Source: Desulfotalea psychrophila LSv54
Lineage (GTDB): Bacteria; Desulfobacterota; Desulfobulbia; Desulfobulbales; Desulfocapsaceae
NCBI RefSeq assembly: GCF_000025945.1
Contig: NC_006138.1
Location: forward strand, 2,220,001 to 2,252,000
Reading direction: 5' to 3'
Length of the DNA: 32,000 nt
The notes under the pieces are model-generated. The model was given only the letters and a program-made list of their open reading frames with translations, did no database searches and had not been told where the DNA came from. How positions within the stretch are numbered: position 1 is the first letter of the stretch; each line of letters opens with the position of its first letter. The position numbers and the translations under genes are program-made. Positions 9,015-18,706 of the stretch are shown one piece after another.

Positions 9015-9023
9015 GCCTTAGAC

Positions 9024-11840
9024 GTGAGAAGAAAACTTTTTATCCTGCTAATTTTTCATTGCTTCTTCTCTGTTAGCGGTACAGTTTATGCCCAGAATCG
9101 TGGCGTAAATGTGAGGATGGGTGGTCAGGAACTGTTTGAGACCGCTCCAAAAAACGTTGTCACCACCATTTTTCAGGTAACGAACACCGGGGATGAAGAA
9201 CAGGAGTTTGTATCTCAGGTAAAGCTCCCCCCCGGATGGAAACTGATCACACCCTCATTTCCCTTCCGCCTGAGATCAAATGCAAGTGAGGCCAGGCTGG
9301 TCAGTTTTTTTGTCCCTCAGAGTGCTTTGGCTGGGAGATATGAGATAGTCTATCGGCTCAGCTCGGTAGGCGATTCCTCTATCAGAGATCAGGCCAGGCT
9401 GTATGTGGTAGTCACCTCTGTTACAGAACTGCAGGCTGTATTACTGCATGCCCCAGAAACTGTCATTGCAGGAGAGTCTTACGATGCCGTTTTTTCGGTG
9501 CTTAATGCTGGTAACAGAGAAAACAGCGTCCTTATCAAGGTTAAAAGTGGTCAGGACCTGCCCTATACCCTTGAGCCTGAAGAGGTTACACTTGGCCCGG
9601 CAGAATCAAAGACCGTCAGGGTGACCGTAGATACTGATGAAAAGCTCAGTAAAGGTTTTAAGCATCTGCTCCGCTTGATAGTCCAGTCAGTTGAGGATGA
9701 AAAGATGAGAGCCGAGGCACAGAGTAGTGTGAACATTATCTCCAAGACAACGGGGGAAGTAGATCAGTTTCGTAGAATATCGGCTAGGGTTGTTCTGCGG
9801 TCCTTGGGAGTACGTAATGAGGAAAACCAGAACGGCCTTCAGGTTGAGTTTGCAGGGGGAGGAAAACTAAGCGAAGATGGGGACGATGAGATTGAGTTCC
9901 TCTTCAGGGGCCCTGATACCAGTGAAGAGGTTTCAACCTTTGGTCAGCGTGATAAATATTTTGCCAGATACCGGAATAATACTACCAACGTCCGTCTGGG
10001 CGATGGTAATTACTCTCTTTCACATCTCACTGAGCAGGGTCTTTATGCCCGCGGAGCTCAGGCAGGTTGGGTTTCGGCCGATTTCGGTGTAAATGGTTAT
10101 TATATGCAAACAAGGCTGAGTAACTTGGAAGAGCAACAGTCTGCATTCCATATTGATCATCTCTTTGACGATACATACAGCATTGGTTTTAATTTACTTG
10201 ATAAGAAAAGTGATTTGGAAGATACGCAAATTGTAAGTATGCAGGGGGAATTTGAGCCTTTTGAAGATACGACCATTGAATTTGAAGGGGCATATGGAAA
10301 AAATGAGGGCGAGCATGACAGTGCATACTGGCTTAATTTGTATGGTTCCCCTGCGTTGGGCGGGAGTTATCGCCTGGAATATATTTATGCGGAACCTGAT
10401 TTTCCGGGCTATTACAGTGACCAAGAGTATATCTCAGGCAGTTTTTTCTTTCCCATAAAACAAAATCTCAGCCTGAATGTCTCTCTTAATCAGCAAAAAA
10501 ATAATTTAAATTTAGATCCCTTGCTTGATTCAGCTGCCTTAACCAGATTTGGTCAAGTAGGTTTGAGCTACAGCTTTGAAACGGGGACAACCATTGGTAT
10601 TTGGTCGCGCCTTCGCTTCCGTGAAGACCTTTTGAGTGATCCTGACTTTGACGAGAGGGAACTGACCTACACGCTTCGCTTGGGGCAGAGCTTTGAAAAG
10701 ATGTCTTTTAATATTTCGGCCGAACGGGGAAGGGTAGAAGATATACTGGAAGATCAGGTCTATGATGTGGGCACCTATGAGGGTAGTTTTTATTATGCAC
10801 CGACTGAGAATCAAAGCTATAGCACTTATCTGCGCTACAGTACCTATAACGCCTACAGTGATTCTGAGGACGACGATACTGAAGATGCTAATAGTGCGAC
10901 TCTCAATAGTGGTGTAACTGCTGCTTTCAGGATAGGTAAAGATGTCCGCGTCAATTTCAAAATTGACAGATACGATAGCCTGGGAACTGATGTCGAAGCT
11001 CGGCACGTATTTGATATGGGATTGAATTATCAACTTTTTAACGAGACTCAGATTTATGCCCATGGTCGTCAAACCGTATATGGAAGTAGTTCTGATCAGG
11101 AAGATGAAACCGCCTTTATTGTTGAATTGACAATGCCATTCGGCCTGCCTGTTGGGCGGAAACAGGGTGTCGGGATGCTTCAGGGATATGTTCGGGATAA
11201 GCAGAATGATCAACCGATTTCAGACGCAGTTCTCCGTTTGAACGGTGCTACAGCGGTAACAGATAGTGACGGTGAATTTGTTTTTCCCGCCCTGAAACCG
11301 GGGGCGTTCTATCTGGATGTTGATAGTGGAAGCATTGGCCTTGATCGGATTCCGGCGCAGAAGACTCCTATGGAGGTGACTATTAGCGGGGGCAAGGAAG
11401 AGGCCGTCAAAATAGAGATAACAACAAGTGCCACTCTTGCAGGTAAGATTATGCTTTATGGATCCGAAAGAAAAGGTGTTCTACAGGATCAATTTACCTT
11501 GTCGACAAATAAACCGACCGGCAAAGAAGACGAAGAAGAGATGGCAGAAGTCCGTGGCCTGGCCAATGTTCTTTTGGTGTTTGAGCGTAATGATGAGATA
11601 TGGAAGGTGCTTACAGATAGAAGAGGACGTTTTCGTTTTGATGACGTAAGACCCGGGGTATGGACACTGACCGTCCAGGCCAATAATTTGCCTAAATATT
11701 ATTCTCTTGAAAAGGATACCTTTAAAATTGAATTAGCACCGGGTGATAAAAAAGAGCTGCTCATAAAGGCCCTGCCTCAGAATCGCACTGTTCAGATGAT
11801 TGAACAAGGTGGTCTTTTGATTGAGGAAGATGGTAGTTAG
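9024..11840 (+). CDS. Large outer-membrane usher/barrel-like protein: N-terminal Ig-like (NEW3-type) repeats, central beta-barrel-like region, C-terminal carboxypeptidase-regulatory-like domains; 938 aa
   Basis: Signal peptide. Two Ig-like segments (TTIFQVTNTGDEEQEFVSQVKLPPGWKL; AGESYDAVFSVLNAGNRENSVLIKV). Long alternating Tyr/Phe-rich strands. From about aa 717, LQGYVRDKQNDQPISDAVLRLNGATAVTDSDGEFVFPALKPGAFYLDVD, then a second such unit, RGLANVLLVFERNDEIWKVLTDRRGRFRFDDVRPGVWTLTV. Confidence 0.65.
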   Translation: MRRKLFILLIFHCFFSVSGTVYAQNRGVNVRMGGQELFETAPKNVVTTIFQVTNTGDEEQEFVSQVKLPPGWKLITPSFPFRLRSNASEARLVSFFVPQSALAGRYEIVYRLSSVGDSSIRDQARLYVVVTSVTELQAVLLHAPETVIAGESYDAVFSVLNAGNRENSVLIKVKSGQDLPYTLEPEEVTLGPAESKTVRVTVDTDEKLSKGFKHLLRLIVQSVEDEKMRAEAQSSVNIISKTTGEVDQFRRISARVVLRSLGVRNEENQNGLQVEFAGGGKLSEDGDDEIEFLFRGPDTSEEVSTFGQRDKYFARYRNNTTNVRLGDGNYSLSHLTEQGLYARGAQAGWVSADFGVNGYYMQTRLSNLEEQQSAFHIDHLFDDTYSIGFNLLDKKSDLEDTQIVSMQGEFEPFEDTTIEFEGAYGKNEGEHDSAYWLNLYGSPALGGSYRLEYIYAEPDFPGYYSDQEYISGSFFFPIKQNLSLNVSLNQQKNNLNLDPLLDSAALTRFGQVGLSYSFETGTTIGIWSRLRFREDLLSDPDFDERELTYTLRLGQSFEKMSFNISAERGRVEDILEDQVYDVGTYEGSFYYAPTENQSYSTYLRYSTYNAYSDSEDDDTEDANSATLNSGVTAAFRIGKDVRVNFKIDRYDSLGTDVEARHVFDMGLNYQLFNETQIYAHGRQTVYGSSSDQEDETAFIVELTMPFGLPVGRKQGVGMLQGYVRDKQNDQPISDAVLRLNGATAVTDSDGEFVFPALKPGAFYLDVDSGSIGLDRIPAQKTPMEVTISGGKEEAVKIEITTSATLAGKIMLYGSERKGVLQDQFTLSTNKPTGKEDEEEMAEVRGLANVLLVFERNDEIWKVLTDRRGRFRFDDVRPGVWTLTVQANNLPKYYSLEKDTFKIELAPGDKKELLIKALPQNRTVQMIEQGGLLIEEDGS

Positions 11841-12060
11841 GCTCCAATGAAAATTATTCAAGCTTGGCAGGCTTCAAGGTGCTGTTATGTCGTTTGCCTT
11901 TGGCTACTGCGGAAAGCGATTCTGCGTAGGATTTTCGTTTGAAGAAAACGCGGCTGATAGCGCGATATTGTGAGAGAAGGGGTGGGTAGTTAAAATTTTT
12001 GCAGATATCGACAAGTGCGAGGGGAATTTGCTAAAAAACGGTCAGTTCTCTAGCAATAAA

Positions 12061-12098
12061 AAGGGCGTAACAGGAACAAAATATTCTGTTACGCCCTT
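12061..12098 (+). terminator. Terminator between convergent genes
   Basis: AAGGGCGTAACAG - 12 nt - CTGTTACGCCCTT, 13-bp perfect stem. Confidence 0.82.
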
Positions 12099-12141
12099 CT
12101 TAGCCCTACGATCATGTAGAATTTCTTAAAGGTAGCCTTTT

Positions 12142-13053
12142 CTATAGCCCTGCCTCGGCAAGGCTTTCAATTAAAACCTTCTGCTCTTCAGAAAGCTCCT
12201 GAGGGACGCTTACTGCTACCTGCACATAAAGGTCACCTCTGGTGCTGTTTGGCCCTTGGGGCAGGCCAAAACCCTTCAAGCGAAGTCGTTTGCCTGAAGC
12301 CATTCCCGGGGCAATTTTTACCGCAATCTTCTTGCCATCAATGGTTTCTACGGTAATTTTTGTTCCCAAACAGGCCTCACTGTAGGAAACAGCGTGTTGA
12401 ACAATCAGATCGTCCTCGTCCCGAGTAAAACGCTCATCGGCTGCCACAGAAACCTTGAGATAGAGATCACCATTGGCTCCGCCAGTCTGTGACGGTTCAC
12501 CCTTGTCACGAAGTCGCAGCTTTTTACCCTCTACAATTCCCTGCGGAATTTTCACGGTGACATTTTGATGTTCACCATTTTTACGGAGGGCAACGGTTCG
12601 CTCGGCACCTTCAAGAACTTCCTGGAGGGTAACGGTTATCTGGTAGGTGATATCTCGCCCAGGAGTAGGGGTGGGACAACCTCCACCACCACAACCACCT
12701 CCACCACCCCTAAAAGAGCTGAATGGATCTCCTCCTCCACCGCCTCTAAAAGAGCTGGTACGTCCACCACCGGCAAATTGACTGAAGATATCATTGATGT
12801 CAAAATTTTTAAAAATATCTTCTTGGGAATAGCGCTGATGAAAGTCGGTGGAACCATGGGTGTCGTAGAGTTCTTTTTTTTCTGGATCGGAAAGAACGGC
12901 ATAGGCTTCGCTGATTTCCTTAAATTTTTCTTCAGCTGCCTTATCACCACTGTTTTTGTCAGGGTGATATTTTTGGGCAAGTTTTCTGTAGGACTTCTTT
13001 ATTTCGGCTGCAGTAGCTGACTTGTCAATCTCTAGCTTTCCGTAATAATCCAT
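12142..13053 (-). CDS. DnaJ-class co-chaperone (CbpA-like, no zinc-finger module)
   Basis: [34 protein letters not shown] (HPD motif), G/F-rich linker, DnaJ C-terminal domain. Start moved from 13107 to the Met at 13053, which fits the J domain. Confidence 0.9.
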   Translation of the reverse strand: MDYYGKLEIDKSATAAEIKKSYRKLAQKYHPDKNSGDKAAEEKFKEISEAYAVLSDPEKKELYDTHGSTDFHQRYSQEDIFKNFDINDIFSQFAGGGRTSSFRGGGGGDPFSSFRGGGGGCGGGGCPTPTPGRDITYQITVTLQEVLEGAERTVALRKNGEHQNVTVKIPQGIVEGKKLRLRDKGEPSQTGGANGDLYLKVSVAADERFTRDEDDLIVQHAVSYSEACLGTKITVETIDGKKIAVKIAPGMASGKRLRLKGFGLPQGPNSTRGDLYVQVAVSVPQELSEEQKVLIESLAEAGL

Positions 13054-13527
13054 CTTTTCTCTCTCTGTAAAAAACAAAGAGCACAATTGTGCTCTGAAAA
13101 ATATCAAATGTACTGATATATTAGGGAGGGTTCACCTATCAGTCAAGGAAGGAATTTGACTCGGCATATTTCTATAGGATTGAGCTCAAATAGATGGGCT
13201 CACAGAAAAACTCTGTAAACATGTCGCGGCCCTCTCTCTTTAGCTCTGTCTCCTGTAACGTTGAGAGCAGGGGCTTTGACATAATCAAGTGAGTGACTAT
13301 CATAGATGCCGAATCAGGAAGCCTTTCTCCATGGGCACTTCGGTCTGATCTGGATGGGAGCCTGGAGAGTAGGAAGAGACGGTCGCTGTAGAACTTTTGC
13401 CACTTGCCTGCTCTTTTGTAATGACACCTGAGGAGATGTAATGGTAAAATATTTATGATTATGCAGACAAACAATAACTCGGTAAAAACACTAGCACTTA
13501 CCGATAATATTTATATCAAGCAGGCTC

Positions 13528-15413
13528 ATGTCAAAAATCCGTATATTGCCAGAACAGCTCGCCAATCAAATTGCCGCAGGAGAAGTTGTCGAGAGACCTG
13601 CTTCGGTGGTAAAAGAGCTTATTGAAAATAGCCTCGATGCAGGTGCTGATCGCATTGAAGTTGAGATAGTCGGTGGTGGCACTAAGCTCATCCGCATCAT
13701 TGATAATGGTGAGGGCATGGACGGTGATGATATCTTTCTCTGTCTGGAACGTCATGGCACCTCGAAGATACGGAATCAGGAAGATCTCGGGGCCATTTCA
13801 ACCCTAGGCTTTCGTGGCGAGGCCCTGCCTTCCATTGGTTCTGTCTCTCAACTGTCCATCAGTTCACGTACCTACAACTCCGAGCTTGGCTATAGGGTAG
13901 AACTGCGATATGGCACCCTGGTTAAATCCCACGAAACGGGCTGTGCCGTTGGCACCATCATCGAGATCCGCAATCTCTTTGGCAATGTCCCGGCCAGAAG
14001 AAAGTTTCTTCGCACCACCCGAACAGAGCTGGGACATATCGACGAGGTTATTAAAAATTATAGCCTGGTTGCCTCTGACGTTAGTTTTGTTCTCCGGGTT
14101 GATGGTCGGGAAACGATTAACCTGAGCGGTAGCTTTAATCTGATCCAGAGACTGGCCAAGATCATGCATCAACCAGAAGAATTTTTCCCCATTGATTTCT
14201 CAACAGACGGGGAACACAGGGTGACTGGACTGCTTCTTGCCCCGGAAAAGGTTTCACCCGGTTCGGCCCGTCTCCGGGTCTTTGTTAATGGCCGAGCGGT
14301 AAAAGATAGGATGATTGTTCATGCTGTGGCAGAGGGCATGCGTGGTTTCCTTATGAAGGGTAAAAATCCTGCCGGTCTTATCCTCCTTGAAGTGCCACCA
14401 GAGGAAATGACGTTAACGTTCATCCGGCAAAACATGAAATTCGTTTTCGCAGGTCTCAGGAGGTGCACGGATTGGTGCAAGCCGGGGTTCTTGCTGCCAT
14501 TAGGGCAGAGCAGGGCCATCTACAGCAAAATATCTTTGGTGAAAAATCACAGGTAGTGCCTCAGCTTGAACGCTCAGAACCTTCGCCAGCAACCCATCCC
14601 CCAGCAATAGAGAGGCAGGTGCAATCCGCCGTGGTGGGGGAAAAGTCTGCCGCCCCGATGCGGGTAGAACCCTTGGTTGAAACGGCAGAAGGGACAGAGG
14701 TCTACCAGCGGCAAGAACCGGCAAAGGTATACCAGCGGCAAGAACCGGCAGTAACTGAGAGCAGCAGAGTAGAGGCCGTGCAGATAGATCAGGAGCCTGT
14801 TGCAGAACAACTCTTGCCACGGGAGGAGGAAGGCCGAGGGCTTGAGATTTTAGGACAGGTGGATAATCTCTATATCTTTTGTCGTAGTCAGGCAGGGCTT
14901 GTGGTTATAGATCAGCATGCGGCCCATGAACGCCTTCTCTACGAAAAACTTAAAAAACATTTTAGCGCAAATAGTATGGTGAAACAGAACCTCCTCTTCC
15001 CGGAAACAGTGGAGCTTTCCCTTTATCAGAGCCAACTGGTGGAAAAACATCTTGAAGATCTTGAGAAAATGGGGTTCTCTCTGCGTGATTTTGGTGGCAA
15101 CTCCTATGTCATAGGGGCAATCCCTGCCCTGGCCGGACAGATTGCCCCGCAGAAGATATTTTTTGATGTCTTGGAACAGTTTGGTGCCGATGGTAAGAGC
15201 AGGAAGGATGCAGGCGATATGCTGGATAGCATACTTGCAAGCATGGCCTGCCGGGCAGCAATAAAGGCAGGAGCCAGGCTTTCCCAGAGGGAGATGGAGA
15301 GTCTTTTGGCCGATATGGCCGCTGCTGATCTCTTCTCCCACTGCCCTCACGGCCGACCTGTTGTCAAACAGTTTTCTTCAGATGAAATAAAAAAATGGTT
15401 TTATCGTACATGA
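13528..15413 (+). CDS. mutL: DNA mismatch repair protein MutL with an apparent one-nt deletion near 14404-14408
   Basis: N-term MSKIRILPEQLANQIAAGEVVERPASVVKELIENSLDAGADRIEV in frame 1. In frame 3, DVNVHPAKHEIRFRRSQEVHGLVQAG continues the protein. The C-terminal endonuclease motif DQHAAHERLLYE, ACRAAIKAG and CPHGRP are present. Confidence 0.9.
14703..14750 (+). repeat. Two copies of a 21-nt core (27-nt period) in the mutL linker
   Basis: TACCAGCGGCAAGAACCGGCA at 14703-14723 and 14730-14750, encoding VYQRQEPAK / VYQRQEPAV. Confidence 0.85.
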
Positions 15414-15943
15414 AACAAAATCTTATTATTTGCCTTATCTGTGTCAGTGCCCTTCTCTCCGCATGCGCTAAAAAGCCTGTCGCCACCAGGATGGAGACCA
15501 CCGCATACTGCGGTTGTCAAATCTGTTGTGATTGGCAGAGAGGAAAAAATCAATATCTGCACCTTGATTTTTGGAACAAGTATGTCAGTGCAGGTAAAGC
15601 CGCAGGTCGCCCATACTCCGGCCTCACCGCTCACGGCACAAACCCCGAGGAGCCGGAAGAGGGGCTTTTTTCCGCGGACAGTGTCCAGCGGCCATGGATG
15701 ATTCCCGTACGCATTGTTCTCTTCCCGTGGTTCTTGATGGCAGAGGATGGCACAATTGCAGCGGATACACGTTACTATCCCTTTGGTACGAGGATGTATG
15801 TTCCAGGTTATGGCTGGGGCGTTGTAGAAGATCGGGGTGGAGCAATTAAAGGGCGCCATCGCATTGATCTCTTTTTTGATTCTCACCAGGAAGCACTTCA
15901 ATGGGGAAGAAAAACCCTACCCGTAAACATCGTATTACCCTAA
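15410..15943 (+). CDS. 3D-domain lipoprotein (MltA-like 3D motif)
   Basis: MKQNLIICLICVSALLSAC lipobox. AADTRYYPFGTRMYVPGYGWGVVEDRGGAIKGRHRIDLFFDSHQEALQWG. ATGA overlap with the mutL stop. Confidence 0.82.
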   Translation: MKQNLIICLICVSALLSACAKKPVATRMETTAYCGCQICCDWQRGKNQYLHLDFWNKYVSAGKAAGRPYSGLTAHGTNPEEPEEGLFSADSVQRPWMIPVRIVLFPWFLMAEDGTIAADTRYYPFGTRMYVPGYGWGVVEDRGGAIKGRHRIDLFFDSHQEALQWGRKTLPVNIVLP

Positions 15944-15958
15944 TCCCCTTAGAGAAAA

Positions 15959-17293
15959 ATGAATAATATGAATAAAGTAATAATTATTGGCGGCGGTCTT
16001 GCTGGAAGTGAAGCCGCCTGGCAGGCAGCAAACAGAGGTTGTCAGGTAGAGCTTGTCGACATGAAACCTGAAAAGTATAGCCCTGCCCATAGTTCCCCTC
16101 TTCTGGGTGAGCTTGTCTGCAGTAACTCTCTACGTTCAAATGATCCGACCTCTGCTGTTGGTTTGATGAAAAGGGAGATGCGTTTTTTTAATTCTCTGAT
16201 CATGGATGTCGCTGACAGCACGGCTGTTCCTGCAGGTAAGGCCCTGGCTGTAGATCGAGATAAATTTGCCGAGGCGATTACGGCCCGGTTGGAGTCTCAT
16301 CCCAATATAAGTATCAGCCATAGGGAGGTTACTGCAGTTCCGGAACCTGCCGACCACCCTACCATCATTGCCACTGGCCCCCTTACCGCTGAGGATTTTG
16401 CTGAATCCCTAGCCGAGTTGACGGGTCGTGATCGTCTTGCCTTCTACGATGCCATTGCCCCTATTCTTGACAGTGAATCACTTAATATGGATATTGTCTA
16501 TTGTAAATCCCGCTATGATGACGGCCCCGGCGATTATCTCAACTGTCCAATGAACAGGGAAGAGTACGAGAGATTTATAAGTGAACTGGCCAGTGCTGAT
16601 TATATGCCCCTTAAAGACTTTGAAGATGCAAAATATTTTGAGGGCTGTCTCCCCGTTGAGGTGATCTGTTCCCGGGGTGTTGACACCCTTCGCTTTGGGC
16701 CAATGAAGCCTGTGGGCTTGCCTGATCCTCGTACCGGTCAAGACCCATACGCCGTTGTTCAGCTGCGCATGGAAAACGCCGAGGGTAGCACCTACAATAT
16801 GGTGGGTTTTCAAACAAAGATGACCTATCCCGAACAAAAACGAATTTTCAGAATGATTCCGGGCATGGAAAATGTTGAATTTGTCCGTCTTGGTTCCATT
16901 CACCGTAATACCTTTATCTGTGCTCCGGAACTCTTAGCGGATACCCTGCAGATAAAAAAACGTCCAGATCTCCTTCTGGCAGGACAACTCTCGGGGGTTG
17001 AAGGCTATATTGAGTCAGCCGCCATGGGGCTGCTTGCCGGTATCAACGCTGCCCGCAGGGCAATGGGAGAGGAGCTGGTGAGCCCACCTGCAGAAATGGC
17101 CTTGGGCGCTATGGTTGGCCATCTCACTAAGAGTGCGGCCAAGAACTTCCAACCTTCCAATGTCAACTTTGGCCTCTTTCCTGCGTGGGAGAAGAAGGTG
17201 CCAAAACGCTTTCGTGGAGAGAAACGGGCAGAGGCATCAGCTCTGGCCCTTGAGGTATGGAACGAAAAATGGCAGATTAGCGAACAGGTCTAA
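15959..17293 (+). CDS. trmFO: Methylenetetrahydrofolate-tRNA-(uracil-5-)-methyltransferase TrmFO
   Basis: VIIIGGGLAGSEAAWQAANRGCQVELVDMKP, VCSNSLRS, MNREEYERFISEL, LLAGQLSGVEGYIESAAMGLLAG. Confidence 0.95.
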   Translation: MNNMNKVIIIGGGLAGSEAAWQAANRGCQVELVDMKPEKYSPAHSSPLLGELVCSNSLRSNDPTSAVGLMKREMRFFNSLIMDVADSTAVPAGKALAVDRDKFAEAITARLESHPNISISHREVTAVPEPADHPTIIATGPLTAEDFAESLAELTGRDRLAFYDAIAPILDSESLNMDIVYCKSRYDDGPGDYLNCPMNREEYERFISELASADYMPLKDFEDAKYFEGCLPVEVICSRGVDTLRFGPMKPVGLPDPRTGQDPYAVVQLRMENAEGSTYNMVGFQTKMTYPEQKRIFRMIPGMENVEFVRLGSIHRNTFICAPELLADTLQIKKRPDLLLAGQLSGVEGYIESAAMGLLAGINAARRAMGEELVSPPAEMALGAMVGHLTKSAAKNFQPSNVNFGLFPAWEKKVPKRFRGEKRAEASALALEVWNEKWQISEQV

Positions 17294-17435
17294 AGAAAAG
17301 GCCTCTCGTGGCCGATGAGGCCTAATATATCCCTGTTATCTCTTAAAGCAGTCTTGTTTAAAAGAATGAACCCTTTGTAATATGAGACTGTTTTAAAAAA
17401 TCATTTCACACTAACCTATAAAAAGGGCCTGCCAC

Positions 17436-17768
17436 ATGCAATTTTGTTCAAGCTGTGGAGTTGTATTGAATCTCTTTGAGTTCCCTGAAAGAGAACTCTG
17501 CTCAAAATGCTTTGAGAAACTGCATGCTACCAATGCAGAAAAAAATGGTGCCTCTACGGCTGTTAAAAAAGAGCGACCATGTGCCTGTTCTCAGGTACCT
17601 GCGGATGCCCTACTTCGTTGTGAAAACGGCAAGATGTCTATCACCACTCAGGACGGAGTGGCTCTCTGGTCTGGAGAGATGGACTCTGCTCACCAAATGC
17701 AAACAATACTGCAACAGGTCGGCCGAATTCACTCCATAAGAAATAAACGAAAAAAGAGCCAAAAGTAA
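17436..17768 (+). CDS. Small zinc-ribbon-like protein with CxxC pairs
   Basis: MQFCSSCGVVLNLFEFPERELCSKCFEKL. 18 nt upstream of the MinD-like gene. Confidence 0.6.
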   Translation: MQFCSSCGVVLNLFEFPERELCSKCFEKLHATNAEKNGASTAVKKERPCACSQVPADALLRCENGKMSITTQDGVALWSGEMDSAHQMQTILQQVGRIHSIRNKRKKSQK

Positions 17769-17786
17769 GGCAAAGTCAAAACAACA

Positions 17787-18698
17787 ATGGCAATAACTAT
17801 ATCGGTAGGTTCAGGAAAAGGTGGAGTTGGTAAGAGCATTGCTATCAGTAATATAGCCCTTCTTCTTGCCAAGGCAGGTAAAAAGGTCTGTATTGTTGAT
17901 TTTGATATTGGTGGTGCTGATACCCATATCCTCTTTGGTCTGTTTCAGCCCAAATACACCCTTACCGATTTTCTTGATAAAAGGGTCGAGACCATCCAAG
18001 AGACTATTCAGACCATGGATGTCTTTTATGGCCTTCAGCTTATCCCCGGTACAGGTGATACCCTGCAAACTGCCAATATGAACTTTCAACAAAAGCAGAG
18101 ATTGTTGCGAGCAATTGGCGGTATCGATGCCGATGTTATTCTCTTTGATGTGGGGGCAGGCACAAATTATCATACCCTCGATTTTTTCATGGCAACGGAT
18201 ATTCAGATGTGTGTTGCCATGCCAGAACCTACATCCATTATGGATTTCTATACCTTTCTGCAGTTGGCGACAATTCGAAAAACATTGAGCAAGTTTCTCT
18301 CCAGTGGTGATATCAGCCAGAAAATCAAAAATAATCGTTTTAGCAGCCTTGATCAGGCCCTGGAGCTGATAGAGGAGATGGAGCCAGGTGGCCGGCAAAA
18401 GGCCCAGGAGTCATTACGCTATTTTAATCCACTGCTCATCATCAATCGGGTAACCCCCAAGAGCAAGCTTAACCGGGCAAAACTGCATAAAATGGCTAGT
18501 AGGTATCTGGGCATTTACCTGCCTGACCTGGGTGATATTCCCCATGATGAGACAATGTCAGCAGCTCTTAAGGCCTTTATGCCCATAGCTGAATACGACC
18601 CCAAGGCACCTGCCTCTATAGCGTTTCAAACCATCACCCATCGCCTCCTGAAAATTCTTGCCCTTTACGAAAAAAAAGCGGGCAAGAGCGAGCTCTAA
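17787..18698 (+). CDS. MinD/ParA-family ATPase (FlhG/FleN-like)
   Basis: ISVGSGKGGVGKSIAISNIALLLAKAGKKVCIVDFDIGGAD deviant Walker A; VILFDVGAGTNYHTLDFF. Confidence 0.85.
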   Translation: MAITISVGSGKGGVGKSIAISNIALLLAKAGKKVCIVDFDIGGADTHILFGLFQPKYTLTDFLDKRVETIQETIQTMDVFYGLQLIPGTGDTLQTANMNFQQKQRLLRAIGGIDADVILFDVGAGTNYHTLDFFMATDIQMCVAMPEPTSIMDFYTFLQLATIRKTLSKFLSSGDISQKIKNNRFSSLDQALELIEEMEPGGRQKAQESLRYFNPLLIINRVTPKSKLNRAKLHKMASRYLGIYLPDLGDIPHDETMSAALKAFMPIAEYDPKAPASIAFQTITHRLLKILALYEKKAGKSEL

Positions 18699-18706
18699 GG
18701 ACTCGG

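Noticed and set aside
10539-11213. 224-aa minus-strand ORF
   Set aside because: Fully antisense to the 938-aa gene, no recognisable motifs. The plus-strand frame has a signal peptide and domain structure.
13172-13474. 100-aa minus-strand ORF between dnaJ and mutL
   Set aside because: No SD, no motif and odd composition. More likely a divergent promoter region. I also considered a structured RNA such as 6S or SRP here but saw no diagnostic consensus.
14400-14420. Programmed frameshift in mutL
   Set aside because: No classical slippery heptamer with downstream element seen, and MutL is normally a single frame. A lesion or error is more economical.
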